Below are positions 10,848 to 21,126 of a DNA stretch of 64,000 bases, in pieces (positions within the stretch are counted from its first letter, which is position 1; each line of letters opens with the position of its first letter). The DNA comes from an uncultured delta proteobacterium (GTDB taxonomy: Bacteria > Desulfobacterota > Syntrophobacteria > Syntrophobacterales > Syntrophobacteraceae). Location: NCBI GenBank assembly GCA_963808625.1, contig CAWEHK010000018.1, positions 64,001 to 128,000 on the forward strand, read 5' to 3'. A program made the position numbers and the translations under genes. The notes beneath the pieces were generated by a model. It saw only the letters and a list, made by a program, of their open reading frames with translations. It had not been told where the DNA came from and searched no databases.

Positions 10848-10943
10848 CTAGAAGATTGCCGGAATGACGATAGTGGCTCAGCAGCAGGCATTCGGGACGA
10901 AGGTTACTCCCGCTTCTGATTACACCCAGGCGAAATTATGCGC

Positions 10944-10972
10944 TTGACAACCCAACGAGACCAGGTTAATTC
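10944..10972 (+). promoter_or_regulatory. Putative sigma-70 promoter
   Basis: TTGACA-17nt-TAATTC upstream of the DUF3313 gene. Confidence 0.45.
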
Positions 10973-11193
10973 TTATTTTGCGATTTTACGAAGACTACTT
11001 CGGTCAAGATTTCCTATCTGTTGTCCTAGCTGATAACCTCACACGGAGACCCACAACCTGGCTGAATCCGAAAAAATCAATCCAATTCGCTCGCCGTCAA
11101 GGCGAGTGTTCTTCAGGACGTCCACTGCGGCAGCGGCCATGGGTTTGCTTGCCGTATCGCTTTATCACCTGCACACCATGGAGGAGGGATCTG

Positions 11194-11880
11194 ATGAAAA
11201 TAGTGTTTGGTCTGACGGCAGTAATGCTCGTGCTGGCGATGGGCTGCGCCACCACCCAACGGCAGGAAGTTGAAGAGCATCCGGCAATCTGTGCGTTCCT
11301 CGGCGAAGCCTGCCGGGAGCTCCAACCCGGCGCGAGCGGGCAGCCGAGTCTGCGCTGGGTCAACCCCAACGCTCAGCCGACCAGGTACAACAAGGTGATC
11401 ATCGAGATGGTCGGCTTCTTCGGCTCCGATCCGGCAAACGTGTCGCTCGCGGATGAACAGATGCTCACCGACTTGTTCTACAGGACGCTCAATGACGAGC
11501 TGGCGAAGAAGTTCCAGATCGTAGACCAGCCCGGTCCGGATGTGGCGCGCATCCGGGTTGCGATCCTGGATGCCGAGGCAGCGACAAGGGGAGCGCGGTC
11601 AGTCACGATGGTGGTCCCGCAGCTGCGCCTTCTCACCACCGGCACCTCTCTCGTAACAGGAAGGTATCCCTTCTCCGGGGGTGGAATGGCGGTCGCGAAG
11701 GTCTCGGACTCCGTGACCGGCCAAATCATCGCAGCCGGAGTGGACCGGCGTTCCGGTGGGGGGGCGATCCAGGCCGCGGCCCAGTGGCAGTGGGGCGACG
11801 CTGCGAACGCGATCCAGAAGTGGTCTGAGCTGGTTACCAACGGGCTGTATGCCTACACGTCGGGCGCCCGGAAACCCTAG
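11194..11880 (+). CDS. DUF3313-family lipoprotein
   Basis: Lipobox LAMGC; LRWVNP, YNKVII, DSVTGQIIAAGVDRRSG; GGAGG RBS before ATG 11194. Confidence 0.8.
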   Translation: MKIVFGLTAVMLVLAMGCATTQRQEVEEHPAICAFLGEACRELQPGASGQPSLRWVNPNAQPTRYNKVIIEMVGFFGSDPANVSLADEQMLTDLFYRTLNDELAKKFQIVDQPGPDVARIRVAILDAEAATRGARSVTMVVPQLRLLTTGTSLVTGRYPFSGGGMAVAKVSDSVTGQIIAAGVDRRSGGGAIQAAAQWQWGDAANAIQKWSELVTNGLYAYTSGARKP

Positions 11881-11965
11881 GGGTGAGGCGAGAGGCTCTG
11901 AGGAATGCGCCTAACTGATGATTGACTGACGCGAGCCGGAACCGGACCCCGCCATTGCGCAGGCA

Positions 11966-13558
11966 ATGATCGTCGGGCGATCAACAAGCGTGCTGCACCA
12001 GAGCAATGGAATAGTGATAGCAAGGACAGTCAAATTACTGAAATGGTCGGCGGTGGTGGTCGCCGTATGCGCAGTGACGGTGCTGGCCGTACGTGCCTAC
12101 GACTCGCAGCGCGGTCCGCCGCTCCAACTGTGGCATACCCACGTTCCCCATGAACTGAAGGCCGGGGAACTCGCCAAGTCGGACTGGAATGCTTACCTGG
12201 TCGCCGAGCAGGCCGTTTTCGACGACGTGCGGACGGAGGTGACGCAGAAGCTCGACCCGGAAGATCGCGTCACCGCCAATCGCTACTTCGACGGCAGCCC
12301 GATCAATCCGGAAAGGTTTGCCCGGGACTGGAACCGCTCCTTCATCATGGAGCCCGACGGCGCTCCGGTTGGCGCGGTCGTGATCCTGCACGGACTCACG
12401 GATTCACCTTACAGTTCGCGCCACATCGCGCGGCGCTATCGCGATGACGGGTTCGTCGCCATCGCGATCAGGCTGCCCGGTCATGGCACGGTGCCGGCCG
12501 GCCTCACCACCGTCGAATGGGAAGACTGGTCGGAAGCGACCCGCCTTGCGGTCAGGGAAGCCCGGCGGCGCATCGGCCCGTCCCTGCCATTGCATCTGGT
12601 CGGGTATTCCAACGGCGGGGCGCTGGCGATGAAGTACACGCTCGATGCACTCGGCGACAAGACCTTGTCACGGCCGGACCGCATCGTCCTGATTTCACCG
12701 ATGATCGGCGTCACCAGCATGGCCCGGTTCGCCGGCGTGCTTGGCTGGCCGGCAATATTTCCCGCCTTCGCCAAAGCGGCGTGGCTCAGCATCGTGCCGG
12801 AGTTCAATCCCTTCAAATACAACTCCTTTCCGGTCAACGCCGCACGGCAATCGTCGCTGACTGCGCGCGCCCTGCAAGAACAGATTGCGCAAAACGGGCG
12901 CGAAGGCCGGCTGGCCGAGTTGCCGCCCATTCTCACCTTTCAATCGGTGGTGGATTTCACGGTCAGCACGCGCGCGATCGTCGACGCGCTTTATGTCAAT
13001 CTGCCGGCGAACGGCAGTGAGCTCGTGTTGTTCGACCTGAACCGGCATGCCAGGTTCGGCCCGCTCCTGCGGCCCGGCACCGACACCATTCTGGCCCGGC
13101 TCCTGCCCGAACCGCCACGCAACTTCAGGACCACCATCATCACCAACGCGAGCCCCGACAGCAGCGAGGTCGTGGAGCGGGTCATCGATGCGGGTGCAAC
13201 GACCGAGCATTCGCGCGCGTTGGGTCTCACGTACCCGGACGATGTCTTTTCACTGTCGCATATCGCGCTGCCGTTTCCCATTGACGATGCGCTGTACGGC
13301 ATGCAACCCGATCCGCGCGAGGACTTCGGCGTGAACCTCGGCGCCATGGCGAAGCGCGGCGAGCGCAACACGCTGATCGTCAGCATCGATTCGTTGAACC
13401 GCATGTCGTCCAACCCGTTCTTCCCGTACCTGCTGGCACGAATCGAAGAAGGCATCGGCACGGGATCAAAAGGCGTGTCGCCGCCTCCGGCAATCCCCGT
13501 GCACCCGCGCGAAAACGCACCGGGGCGGGCAGCACCTGCAGCAGGTCCGGCAAAATGA
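11966..13558 (+). CDS. Membrane-anchored alpha/beta hydrolase
   Basis: HGLTDSP, GYSNG nucleophile elbow, N-terminal TM, LSH. Confidence 0.85.
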   Translation: MIVGRSTSVLHQSNGIVIARTVKLLKWSAVVVAVCAVTVLAVRAYDSQRGPPLQLWHTHVPHELKAGELAKSDWNAYLVAEQAVFDDVRTEVTQKLDPEDRVTANRYFDGSPINPERFARDWNRSFIMEPDGAPVGAVVILHGLTDSPYSSRHIARRYRDDGFVAIAIRLPGHGTVPAGLTTVEWEDWSEATRLAVREARRRIGPSLPLHLVGYSNGGALAMKYTLDALGDKTLSRPDRIVLISPMIGVTSMARFAGVLGWPAIFPAFAKAAWLSIVPEFNPFKYNSFPVNAARQSSLTARALQEQIAQNGREGRLAELPPILTFQSVVDFTVSTRAIVDALYVNLPANGSELVLFDLNRHARFGPLLRPGTDTILARLLPEPPRNFRTTIITNASPDSSEVVERVIDAGATTEHSRALGLTYPDDVFSLSHIALPFPIDDALYGMQPDPREDFGVNLGAMAKRGERNTLIVSIDSLNRMSSNPFFPYLLARIEEGIGTGSKGVSPPPAIPVHPRENAPGRAAPAAGPAK

Positions 13559-13626
13559 ACGGGGCCATTTGCCGAGTCCGTCACCGCAGGGTCCCGCAAA
13601 GATCTACGCCGACCATCGTGATCGTC

Positions 13627-14818
13627 ATGCGTCTTGCCCTCGTTTGCGCCGTTCTCTGCCTCGCAGGCTGTGCCATTCTGCCGCGCAACGCGGTGCCTGT
13701 GGACCTGATGCGCAGGCCGTGATTCCAGGCATGCCTGAAATACGTGCGCCCGCCGGCCAAATCAGCGCCGCGATGATGAGCGATCTGGCACGGTCCTTCG
13801 AACAGGAATCACCGAGCGATTTTCCGATCGATCCCGACGGCTACGTCCACTATGCCCATCTCGCGCTGTCGGGCGGCGGAGCGAACGGCGCGTTCGGGGC
13901 GGGGTTCCTGAGCGGCTGGACGAAGATGGGACATCGCCCGGTCTTCAAGATCGTCACCGGTGTATCGACCGGGGCGTTGATGGCGCCGTATGCATTTCTT
14001 GGTCCTGAGTACGACGGCGCAATGCGGCAGTTCTACACGACCACGGCGTCACGCAATATCTTCAGGAGGCTTTCGATCGTGCCCCAGTTACTGAGCGGCG
14101 AGTCACTGGCGGACACGGGACCGCTGATGGCGATGCTCGAGCAAGCGGTGGATGCCGAGTTCCTGCGCGCTGTTGCGCAAGCGCATGAGTCCGGCCGGCG
14201 GCTCTACATCGGCACCGTGGACCTGGACTCCCAGCGCTTCGTCGTGTGGAACATGGGGCTCATCGCGACGAGCGGTCGTCCGGGGGCTCTCGAACTGTTC
14301 CGCAGCATCATGCTGGCGTCCGCTTCGGTGCCGATCGCGTTTCCGCCCGTGTTCTTCGACGTCGAGGCAGGCGGCCGGCGCTACGACGAGATGCACGTCG
14401 ATGGCTCTGTGGGCTTCAACGTGTTCTACACCGGAGGGGCATTCAGTTTCTCCGCCGCTCGTGCGGGCGTGGGGCGCGGTCAAGGACGCGAAGACATCTT
14501 CGTCATTCACAACGGACAACTGCTCCCGGTGCCGGCGACGACGTCCCGGTCGCTGCGCAGTATTGCCATGCGTTCCTTCGAGTTGGCGGCCAAATCGAAG
14601 ACCATCGGGGACCTCTTCCGCATTTACGCCGTATCCTTGCGGGAATCGGCGGGCTTCAAGATGGATTACCATTCCCGAGGGTGCGGAGCTGTCCGGGAAC
14701 GAAGTGTTCGATCCTGTCGTGATGAGGCAGCTGTATGAGATCGGCTACCAGAAGGCGCTCGCAGGGACCGGTATGGTCGACCGATCCTCCGGGATTGCAG
14801 TTCCAGCCGACGCCCTGA
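13627..14818 (+). CDS. Patatin-like phospholipase lipoprotein; apparent frameshifts near 13713, 14660 and 14765
   Basis: Lipobox CLAGC in the upstream frame; LSGGGANGAFGAG, GVSTG, HVDG; C-terminal FDPVVMRQLYEIG in another frame. Confidence 0.85.
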
Positions 14819-15136
14819 AGCAATTTTCACCTTTTGCCTGCTACCGCGGCAAGGTGCCCGTCACCAGCATCTCGATCGGTCAACCCGGCGCCGCATCACG
14901 GCTCTGCACGGAACCGGCGGGCGTGATGGAGCAGGAAGCCCATTTCCCGGCGGCCTTGCAGTCCTTAGTCAATCTCCTCATCGACGGCAACAAGCCGGCA
15001 ATGCGCTCGGTCGCCGATCAGATCGCCGTGGTCGCAAGCCGACTTCCAAAAACATCAGCCTCACCGGAATAGGACTGACGGCCCTGCCCAACCCGGTGCA
15101 GGACCGTCGGTATCCTGGCCAGGAGGTCATCAACAT

Positions 15137-15874
15137 ATGCCTGTACGGAAGAGGATACCGTCCCACCGGGTTCAACCGCGCGCAAGGCCCAAGAAATACT
15201 TTCCGGAGCGCTTGCTCGACCCCATCGATCTACTGTCCGAAATGATCTTCAGCATCCTCATCGTGCTGACCTTTACCTTGGCGTTCAGGATATTCAAGCT
15301 TGGCAACGACCCCGGCCAGGTGATCTCGGCCGAGTACATCGACGATCTCCTCATCGGCGCCCTGGGCGCGACGCTGGCATCGGGCTTGATCGACGGCATC
15401 ATGTACGCGTTGATGTCCATGTTCGAGCGCGGCGAGAAACACCGTCTGCTGCTGCGCATCCAAACCGCGACGACGCAAGAGGAAGGCATTGAGGCGATTG
15501 CGGAAGAGCTGGATCATATTCTTGAACCGATCACGGGATCGGAAAAACGACGTGCGCTCTATGCAGACGTACTCGAACATCTGCATGATAGCCACCCACA
15601 GCCGGTAAGGCTCACGCGCGAGGACCTGGCCGGCGCGTTCGGGTCTGTGCTGGTGGCGATCATCGCCGTGCTGCCGTCGCTGACGCCACTGCTGCTCCTG
15701 CGCAGCAACTATGCGCTCGCGATTCGGGTCTCGAACGTCGTGTCGTTCGTCGTGCTCTTTATCGCCGGCTACCAATGGGGAAGACACACCGGCGCCAACC
15801 CGTGGAGAACCGGCTTGCTGTTATTCGCAGTTGGCGCAATCATGGTGCTGATCGCGATTCCGCTGGGGGGATAA
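15137..15874 (+). CDS. VIT1/CCC1-like integral membrane protein
   Basis: Five hydrophobic segments; LDPIDLLSEMIFS and C-terminal IAIPLGG. Confidence 0.6.
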   Translation: MPVRKRIPSHRVQPRARPKKYFPERLLDPIDLLSEMIFSILIVLTFTLAFRIFKLGNDPGQVISAEYIDDLLIGALGATLASGLIDGIMYALMSMFERGEKHRLLLRIQTATTQEEGIEAIAEELDHILEPITGSEKRRALYADVLEHLHDSHPQPVRLTREDLAGAFGSVLVAIIAVLPSLTPLLLLRSNYALAIRVSNVVSFVVLFIAGYQWGRHTGANPWRTGLLLFAVGAIMVLIAIPLGG

Positions 15875-15882
15875 CAACGTAT

Positions 15883-15998
15883 GGAACGACATTTCTGCTC
15901 CGTTTTTACTCAAAACCTGAAACGAAAATGTCCTTGAGAACTCCTTGACAATCTCCAGAGGACCTGCTATCCAAAAACCTCCAAGAAGCAATTTCCTA
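15883..15998 (+). promoter_or_regulatory. Duplicated promoter module, copy A
   Basis: GGAACGACATTTCTGCTCC...TTGACA(15945)-17nt-TATCCA...CTCCAAGAAGCAATTTCCTA; homologous to 19229-19525 and 28955-29017. Confidence 0.75.
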
Positions 15999-16178
15999 AT
16001 AGAAAAATTGCATTTCTGCCATCATCATTGCCAAGCAAGTTATTGTTGTGAGGAGGAGAATCATGAAAGCCAGCATAATAAGCCCCGAGCCTCGCGGCTC
16101 CCGGGATTGCACTAGAATGCGACGGCACACCCAGTTCCGTGGATCTCACGGATCGTGGACGCGGGCCAGGAGGCTGCG

Positions 16179-17543
16179 ATGAACTCGACCAGTGGAGGTA
16201 CCGGCAGGAAGGGCACTGCGGCGGTCGCGGAGAACGCGGACCCGGCGAGGGTCGAAGCGGCGATTCGTCGGGTCGTCGAGCTGAGCGGAGGGATGGATTG
16301 GCTCGAGCCCGGGCAGTCCGTGGTGATCAAGCCCGCCCTGAACTCCACGCACTCCTTTCCGTTCACCGCGAGCCCGGCGTCCTGCGCCGCGCTGGTCCGG
16401 ATGTGCCTGGAGCGCGGGGCGAAGAAGGTCTACGTTGCCGACGAGACCGGCTTCGAGCACACGATGTTCAAGCACTGGAAGACCGGCCAGTTCGCGGGAT
16501 TCGAGAAGGACCAGACCATCAAGTCCTTCAAGAGGACCGGGATCTACGATGCCGTGAGAGCGGTCGGCGACGAGCTGGGCGCAGCCGATCGCATCCACGT
16601 CACCACCTTCCGAGAGGACGGCTGGCGCAGGCACGAGCTGAGCACGGGCAGGGGCCGGATGGGGTCAGGCGGCTTCGCGCTCCACAACGAGTGGGTCAAG
16701 GAGCAGCTGAAGGGAGCCGAGAAGCTCGGCGGCGGCCAGGCGCGGCGCAGGTACCTGCCTCGCCTGTTCGATCGGAAGCCCGGGGGCTCGAAGGCCGGGT
16801 TGTGGGTGCCGTCGCTTCTGGACGAGGCCGATCACATCATCAACGTCTTTCGGGTCTCGACGCACGTCTGGTCCCACTTCACCATGGCGATCAAGAACTG
16901 GGTGGGGATCATGCGCCCGGACGATCGTGTCTGGATGCACCAGCTGAACTACCTGAAGAACAACCGGCATTCCCGGCACGGGCTGGGCTGGGACCACCCG
17001 ATCCGGAGCGAGCCTCTGTACCATGAACAGCTGGCGGAGCTGCACCTCGCACACGCGGACAAGGAGAGGCTGTGCGTCGCCGACGCCACGCAGGTCATCG
17101 TCACCGGGGGGCCCGACGGGACGGACCAGCCCTTGTGCCAAACGGATCTGGTCCTGGCCGCCACCGACATCGTTGCGGCCGACGTGGCCAGCCTCGCCAT
17201 CCTGCGCTACGGCACGCTGAAGGCACCGGACGGGCTGCACGGCCAGTATCAACCCCAGCCGAGCGGATGGCTAGAGGCGGCCAGCGGCTTGATCAAGGAC
17301 CTCAGATGGCCCAAGGGCAAGCACGTGTTCCGGGGAACCGATGGGAAGCTGTGCGATCCGGAGTTCAGCAACTGGGACTGGGTCGCCATCCAGCGCGCCC
17401 GGGAGCTGGGGCTCGGCGTCGAACGCCCGGCGGACCTCGACCTGAGATTCGAAGAGGGGAGTTCGGGTTTCGCGGTGTCGAAGGAGAAGCGTGCCTGGAT
17501 AGCCGAGGACGTGTCGCGCGGGCCGCGGTACGAGCTGAAGTGA
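16179..17543 (+). CDS. DUF362-domain protein
   Basis: VELSGGMDWLEPGQSVVIKP, ADHIINV, THVWSHFTMAIKNWVG, GGP, DIVAAD; GGAGG RBS; GC-rich codon usage. Confidence 0.8.
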   Translation: MNSTSGGTGRKGTAAVAENADPARVEAAIRRVVELSGGMDWLEPGQSVVIKPALNSTHSFPFTASPASCAALVRMCLERGAKKVYVADETGFEHTMFKHWKTGQFAGFEKDQTIKSFKRTGIYDAVRAVGDELGAADRIHVTTFREDGWRRHELSTGRGRMGSGGFALHNEWVKEQLKGAEKLGGGQARRRYLPRLFDRKPGGSKAGLWVPSLLDEADHIINVFRVSTHVWSHFTMAIKNWVGIMRPDDRVWMHQLNYLKNNRHSRHGLGWDHPIRSEPLYHEQLAELHLAHADKERLCVADATQVIVTGGPDGTDQPLCQTDLVLAATDIVAADVASLAILRYGTLKAPDGLHGQYQPQPSGWLEAASGLIKDLRWPKGKHVFRGTDGKLCDPEFSNWDWVAIQRARELGLGVERPADLDLRFEEGSSGFAVSKEKRAWIAEDVSRGPRYELK

Positions 17544-17574
17544 GCCGACGGGCCGGCCCGCGCGCGTCAGCCCC

Positions 17575-17793
17575 TCACCACGTGTAGCCGACGAACACGA
17601 GCGGGCCGTCGTACGTCATGTCGAAGAGCTTGCGATCGGCGCCCTCGCCCTGGTCGTAGTCGACCTTGGTCCAGCGCCACGCGAGGCCCGTGACCCATCG
17701 CTGCGACAGGCGGAAGCCGAGGTCCGCGCGCGCGTTCCAGGTCACGTCCGAGCCGAGGCCGGCCACGTCAGCGTGGACGAAGACGTTCGCCTG
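17575..17793 (-). pseudogene. 3-prime fragment of an outer-membrane beta-barrel gene
   Basis: Alternating beta-strand pattern ending in aromatic GYTW; no start codon or signal peptide. Confidence 0.65.
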
Positions 17794-17826
17794 AGTGGGC
17801 GCAGGTCTCTGTCGCCTGCGCCCACT
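17794..17826. terminator. 12-bp GC-rich hairpin at a mosaic junction
   Basis: AGTGGGCGCAGG-9nt-CCTGCGCCCACT. Confidence 0.5.
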
Positions 17827-17856
17827 ATCTCAACCCTTACGACGAGTCTATGAGCA

Positions 17857-18504
17857 ATGACGCCGTCTGAGTTCCACGTTCCGCCGCTCTTCGACTACTT
17901 CGCCACTTTCCTGTGGGCGTTGAGCGGTGCCATCGTAGGCATGCATAAGCGTTATGACATTGCGGGTGTCCTGGTAATTGCCTTGCTCGCATCGACGGGC
18001 GGCAGTCTGATCCGTGATGGTTTCTTTTTGCAGCAAACGCCCCCCGTGCTCAGAGACGGCTGGTACATCCCGTTGATTGTGCTGGCCACTGCCATCGTCA
18101 GCCTCTTTCGTCAGCGGATCGCCCGGATGTCGCTGGTAGATCGGGCCATCGACGTGATTGATGCGATTGGCGTCCCGGCCTTTGCCGTGTTAGGCATGCA
18201 GCTATCCCTGGCTGCAGGAATCCCGTCGCCGGGCGTGGTGCTGGTGGGTGTGGTCAACGGCTTTGGCGGTGGCTTGCTGCGCGACCTGGTCGTTGGCGAT
18301 ACACCGACCATCCTGAAGCCGGGCCAATTCTATATCTCGGCTGCGATTTTTGTCTGTATACTCTTTGTCTTCCTCGTCCGATGGCTTGGGATTGACAATA
18401 AAATCGCTGCCTGGGGCATCATAGTACTCTTTTTCACCGTTCGTATGTTGAGTATCCGCTACGATTGGCGGACACGTCCAGTTCTGCGTGATCCTCCATC
18501 ATAG
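17857..18504 (+). CDS. TRIC/UPF0126 (YadS-like) membrane protein
   Basis: Duplicated ALSGA...GGSLIRD and DAIG...GGGLLRD repeats. Confidence 0.9.
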   Translation: MTPSEFHVPPLFDYFATFLWALSGAIVGMHKRYDIAGVLVIALLASTGGSLIRDGFFLQQTPPVLRDGWYIPLIVLATAIVSLFRQRIARMSLVDRAIDVIDAIGVPAFAVLGMQLSLAAGIPSPGVVLVGVVNGFGGGLLRDLVVGDTPTILKPGQFYISAAIFVCILFVFLVRWLGIDNKIAAWGIIVLFFTVRMLSIRYDWRTRPVLRDPPS

Positions 18505-18621
18505 TGCAAAACCACGCAGGGTCCGGATCCGACAAGGAGCAAACGTTGTGTATAGTGCGGTCGTATCGCTCGTCATCGACCGTCTTTCAATCTTTCAAAC
18601 CCCTATCAGAGGAGAAATCGC

Positions 18622-18999
18622 ATGAGTTATTTCTGGGACGCCGTCGTGCTGATGACATCGACATTTTTTTTCATCGCGTACCTGATTGTCCTCTTCCAGG
18701 TCGTGATCGACCTCTTCCGGGACTCGGAAATGGGTGGCGGCTCGAAAGTGCTCTGGATCATCGGCCTCATCTTTCTTCCGGTCCTGACGGCCCTCATCTA
18801 CATCCTTGTCCGGGGCGAAGGCATGGCCGAGCGGCAGCGCTCCGCATTGCGCAGCGCCAAAGCGGACACTGAGGCGTATATCCGCGAAGTGGCGGCAAAA
18901 TCCCCAGCCGACCAGATTGCCGACGCAAAGAAATTGCTCGATGCCGGCACCATCAGCAACGACGAATTCGCACGCCTGAAGGCTAAGGCGCTCGCGTGA
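18622..18999 (+). CDS. PLDc_N plus SHOCT domain small membrane protein
   Basis: DLFRD...KVLWII...YILVRG; KKLLDAGTISNDEFARLKAKAL. Confidence 0.88.
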   Translation: MSYFWDAVVLMTSTFFFIAYLIVLFQVVIDLFRDSEMGGGSKVLWIIGLIFLPVLTALIYILVRGEGMAERQRSALRSAKADTEAYIREVAAKSPADQIADAKKLLDAGTISNDEFARLKAKALA

Positions 19000-19030
19000 C
19001 TTTCTCAATCGTCGATTGCAAGGCGCTCCG

Positions 19031-19150
19031 ATGAGGCCGGTCCACGAGACAAAGGCCAACGCGCGGCCGAGGGAAGGTGACCCGGTCCTCATAGATCTGG
19101 CCCTGCAGGGCGGGGGCTCGCACGGCGCCTTTCCCTGGGGCGTGCTCGAC
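19031..19150 (+). pseudogene. 5-prime fragment of a patatin-like phospholipase
   Basis: LIDLALQGGGSHGAFPWGVLD, after which similarity stops; no GxSxG follows. Confidence 0.7.
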
Positions 19151-19228
19151 CCTCGACCTCGACGCAATGCCGGAAGGCCTCTGATGGTCCCGGGCCTTAT
19201 CGGCACGCTGCTCCCCCAAAAGGAACAG

Positions 19229-19525
19229 GGAACGACATTTCTGCTCCATCCTTACTCAAAAAACGAAACAAAAGAGCCTCCTGCAAAAGTCCTTTTCACC
19301 CCCTTCGGTATATCAGGACAGGCTTCGATACCTCAGGGCGAACGGACTTTTGCATGCGTAAGGTGCTCAATTTCCTTTCGTGGTGAGGTATCGAACGACG
19401 AATGGAAATAGTTCTGCAAGTGGCTCAAAAATGTCCTTGAAAACCTCCTTGACAGTCTCTAGAAAATCTTGTAGACAAATTCTTCCGTGTATACGAGCTG
19501 CTCCAAGAAGCAATTTCCTATCACC
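19229..19525 (+). promoter_or_regulatory. Duplicated promoter module, copy B (interrupted by a MITE)
   Basis: Same 5-prime and 3-prime blocks as copy A; TTGACA(19449)-17nt-TAGACA. Confidence 0.75.
19274..19426. mobile_element. 153-bp MITE with IS-like TIRs and an internal REP-like palindrome
   Basis: TIRs GAGCCTCCTGCAAAA / TTCTGCAAGTGGCTC, AAAA duplication, internal TTCGATACCTCA/TGAGGTATCGAA; empty site seen in copy A. Confidence 0.85.
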
Positions 19526-19669
19526 CCACACGCGATCTCTGGCCCAGTTAGTGCGATTCGGTTTTTGAGCTCGGCGTCGTGCTGAACATCTCCAATGGTT
19601 GGAGAGACCTGATTCGCAGCGATATGTCCGCGCTGCAAGCGTTTAAACAGTTATTCGGGGAGGAACGAC

Positions 19670-21094
19670 ATGGCTTCGACTGAACAGAAAATGTCACGGT
19701 TGCAACTGACCGCGATGGTGGTCGGCAGTATGATCGGCGCGGGCATCTTTTCGCTCCCGCGGACCTTCGCCGGTGCCACCGGGCCGATGGGCGCGGTCAT
19801 CGCATGGCTCATCGCGGGCACGGGCATGTACATGCTGGCCCGCGTGTTCCAGGCACTGGCCGAGCGCAAGCCCGATCTCGATGCCGGCGTCTTCGCGTAT
19901 GCGAAGGCCGGGTTCGGTGACTACCCCGGCTTCCTGTCGGCCTTCGGCTACTGGATGTCCAGTTGCATCGGCAACGTGTCCTACTGGGTGCTGATCAAAT
20001 CGACGCTCGGGGCGTTTTTTCCCATCTTCGGCGACGGCAACACGGTGACGGCGATCGCGGTCGCGTCGCTCGGCATCTGGCTCTTCCATTTCCTGATTTT
20101 GCGCGGCGTCCAGCAGGCCGCGTTCATCAACAGCATCGTCACGGTCGCCAAGATCATTCCGATCCTGGTCTTCATCGTGATCCTGTTCTTCGCCTTCAAG
20201 CTCGACCTGTTCAACATGAACCTCTATGGGGGCGATCTGGTTGGAAACCTGTTCGAGCAGGTCAAGGCGACGATGCTCGTCACCGTTTTCGTGTTCATCG
20301 GCATCGAAGGCGCGAGCGTCTACTCGCGCTACGCGAAGGAGCGCGCGGACGTCGGCAAGGCGACGATCCTGGGCTTCATCGGCGTCACGGGCATCATGGT
20401 GCTGGTGACGTTGCTGCCGTACGCCGCGCTGGCGCGTGCTGACATCGCCGGCATGCGTCAGCCATCGATGGCGGGGGTGCTGGAGGCCGTGGTCGGGCAC
20501 TGGGGCGCGATTTTCGTCAGCCTGGGGCTCATCCTTTCGGTGCTCGGCGCCTACCTGGCCTGGTCGCTGATCTGCGCCGAAGTGATGTTCGCCGCGGGGA
20601 AGTCCAAGGACATGCCGTCGGTGTTCGTCAAGGTCAACAAGAACAATGTGCCCGTGGTAGCCCTCTGGGCGACCAGCATCGTCGTCCAGCTCATCGTGAT
20701 CACGACCTACTGGTCGCGCGATGCGTTCTCTCTGATGCTGAACCTGACCAGCGCAGCGACGCTGATTCCGTACCTGTTCGTCGCCGCCTACGGCCTGCTG
20801 ATTGCCAAGCGCGGTGAAACCTACGACCAACGGCCGCAGGAGCGCAACCGCGACCTGATCCTGGCCTCCATCGCCACCCTGTACACGGTCTTCATGATCT
20901 ACGCCGGCGGCCTCAAGTTCATCCTGCTTTCCGCCCTTTTGTTTGCGCCGGGAACGCTGCTGTATTTCTGGGCGCGGCGCGAGCAGGGCAAGCCAGTCTT
21001 CAACAAGCCCTCGGATTGGGTCATTTTCGGCATCACTGTTGCCGGTGCCATCGTCGGCATCTACGGTATGGCGACCGGGCTTATTAAAATCTAA
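19670..21094 (+). CDS. arcD: Arginine:ornithine antiporter (APC family)
   Basis: [31 protein letters not shown]; adjacent to arcA. Confidence 0.93.
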   Translation: MASTEQKMSRLQLTAMVVGSMIGAGIFSLPRTFAGATGPMGAVIAWLIAGTGMYMLARVFQALAERKPDLDAGVFAYAKAGFGDYPGFLSAFGYWMSSCIGNVSYWVLIKSTLGAFFPIFGDGNTVTAIAVASLGIWLFHFLILRGVQQAAFINSIVTVAKIIPILVFIVILFFAFKLDLFNMNLYGGDLVGNLFEQVKATMLVTVFVFIGIEGASVYSRYAKERADVGKATILGFIGVTGIMVLVTLLPYAALARADIAGMRQPSMAGVLEAVVGHWGAIFVSLGLILSVLGAYLAWSLICAEVMFAAGKSKDMPSVFVKVNKNNVPVVALWATSIVVQLIVITTYWSRDAFSLMLNLTSAATLIPYLFVAAYGLLIAKRGETYDQRPQERNRDLILASIATLYTVFMIYAGGLKFILLSALLFAPGTLLYFWARREQGKPVFNKPSDWVIFGITVAGAIVGIYGMATGLIKI

Positions 21095-21126
21095 ACACAG
21101 AGTTCAATTTAGGCACAGGAGTTATC

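Larger units (their letters stand above)
10523..10869. repeat. GTCAT..ATGAC REP-like palindrome interrupted at CTAG by two tandem MITEs
   Basis: AGCCGGAATCCAGG/CCTGGATTCCGGCT stem; tail CTAGAAGATTGCCGGAATGACG resumes at 10848; uninterrupted relative at 31883-31957. Confidence 0.8.

Noticed and set aside
11907..11960. GCCTAAC after a gene end as an integron attC site
   Set aside because: No matching GTTRRRY arm, no repetition at other junctions and no integrase in the window.
14819..15072. Open frame after the patatin gene
   Set aside because: No convincing start or motif; may be a fragment, but cannot be supported.
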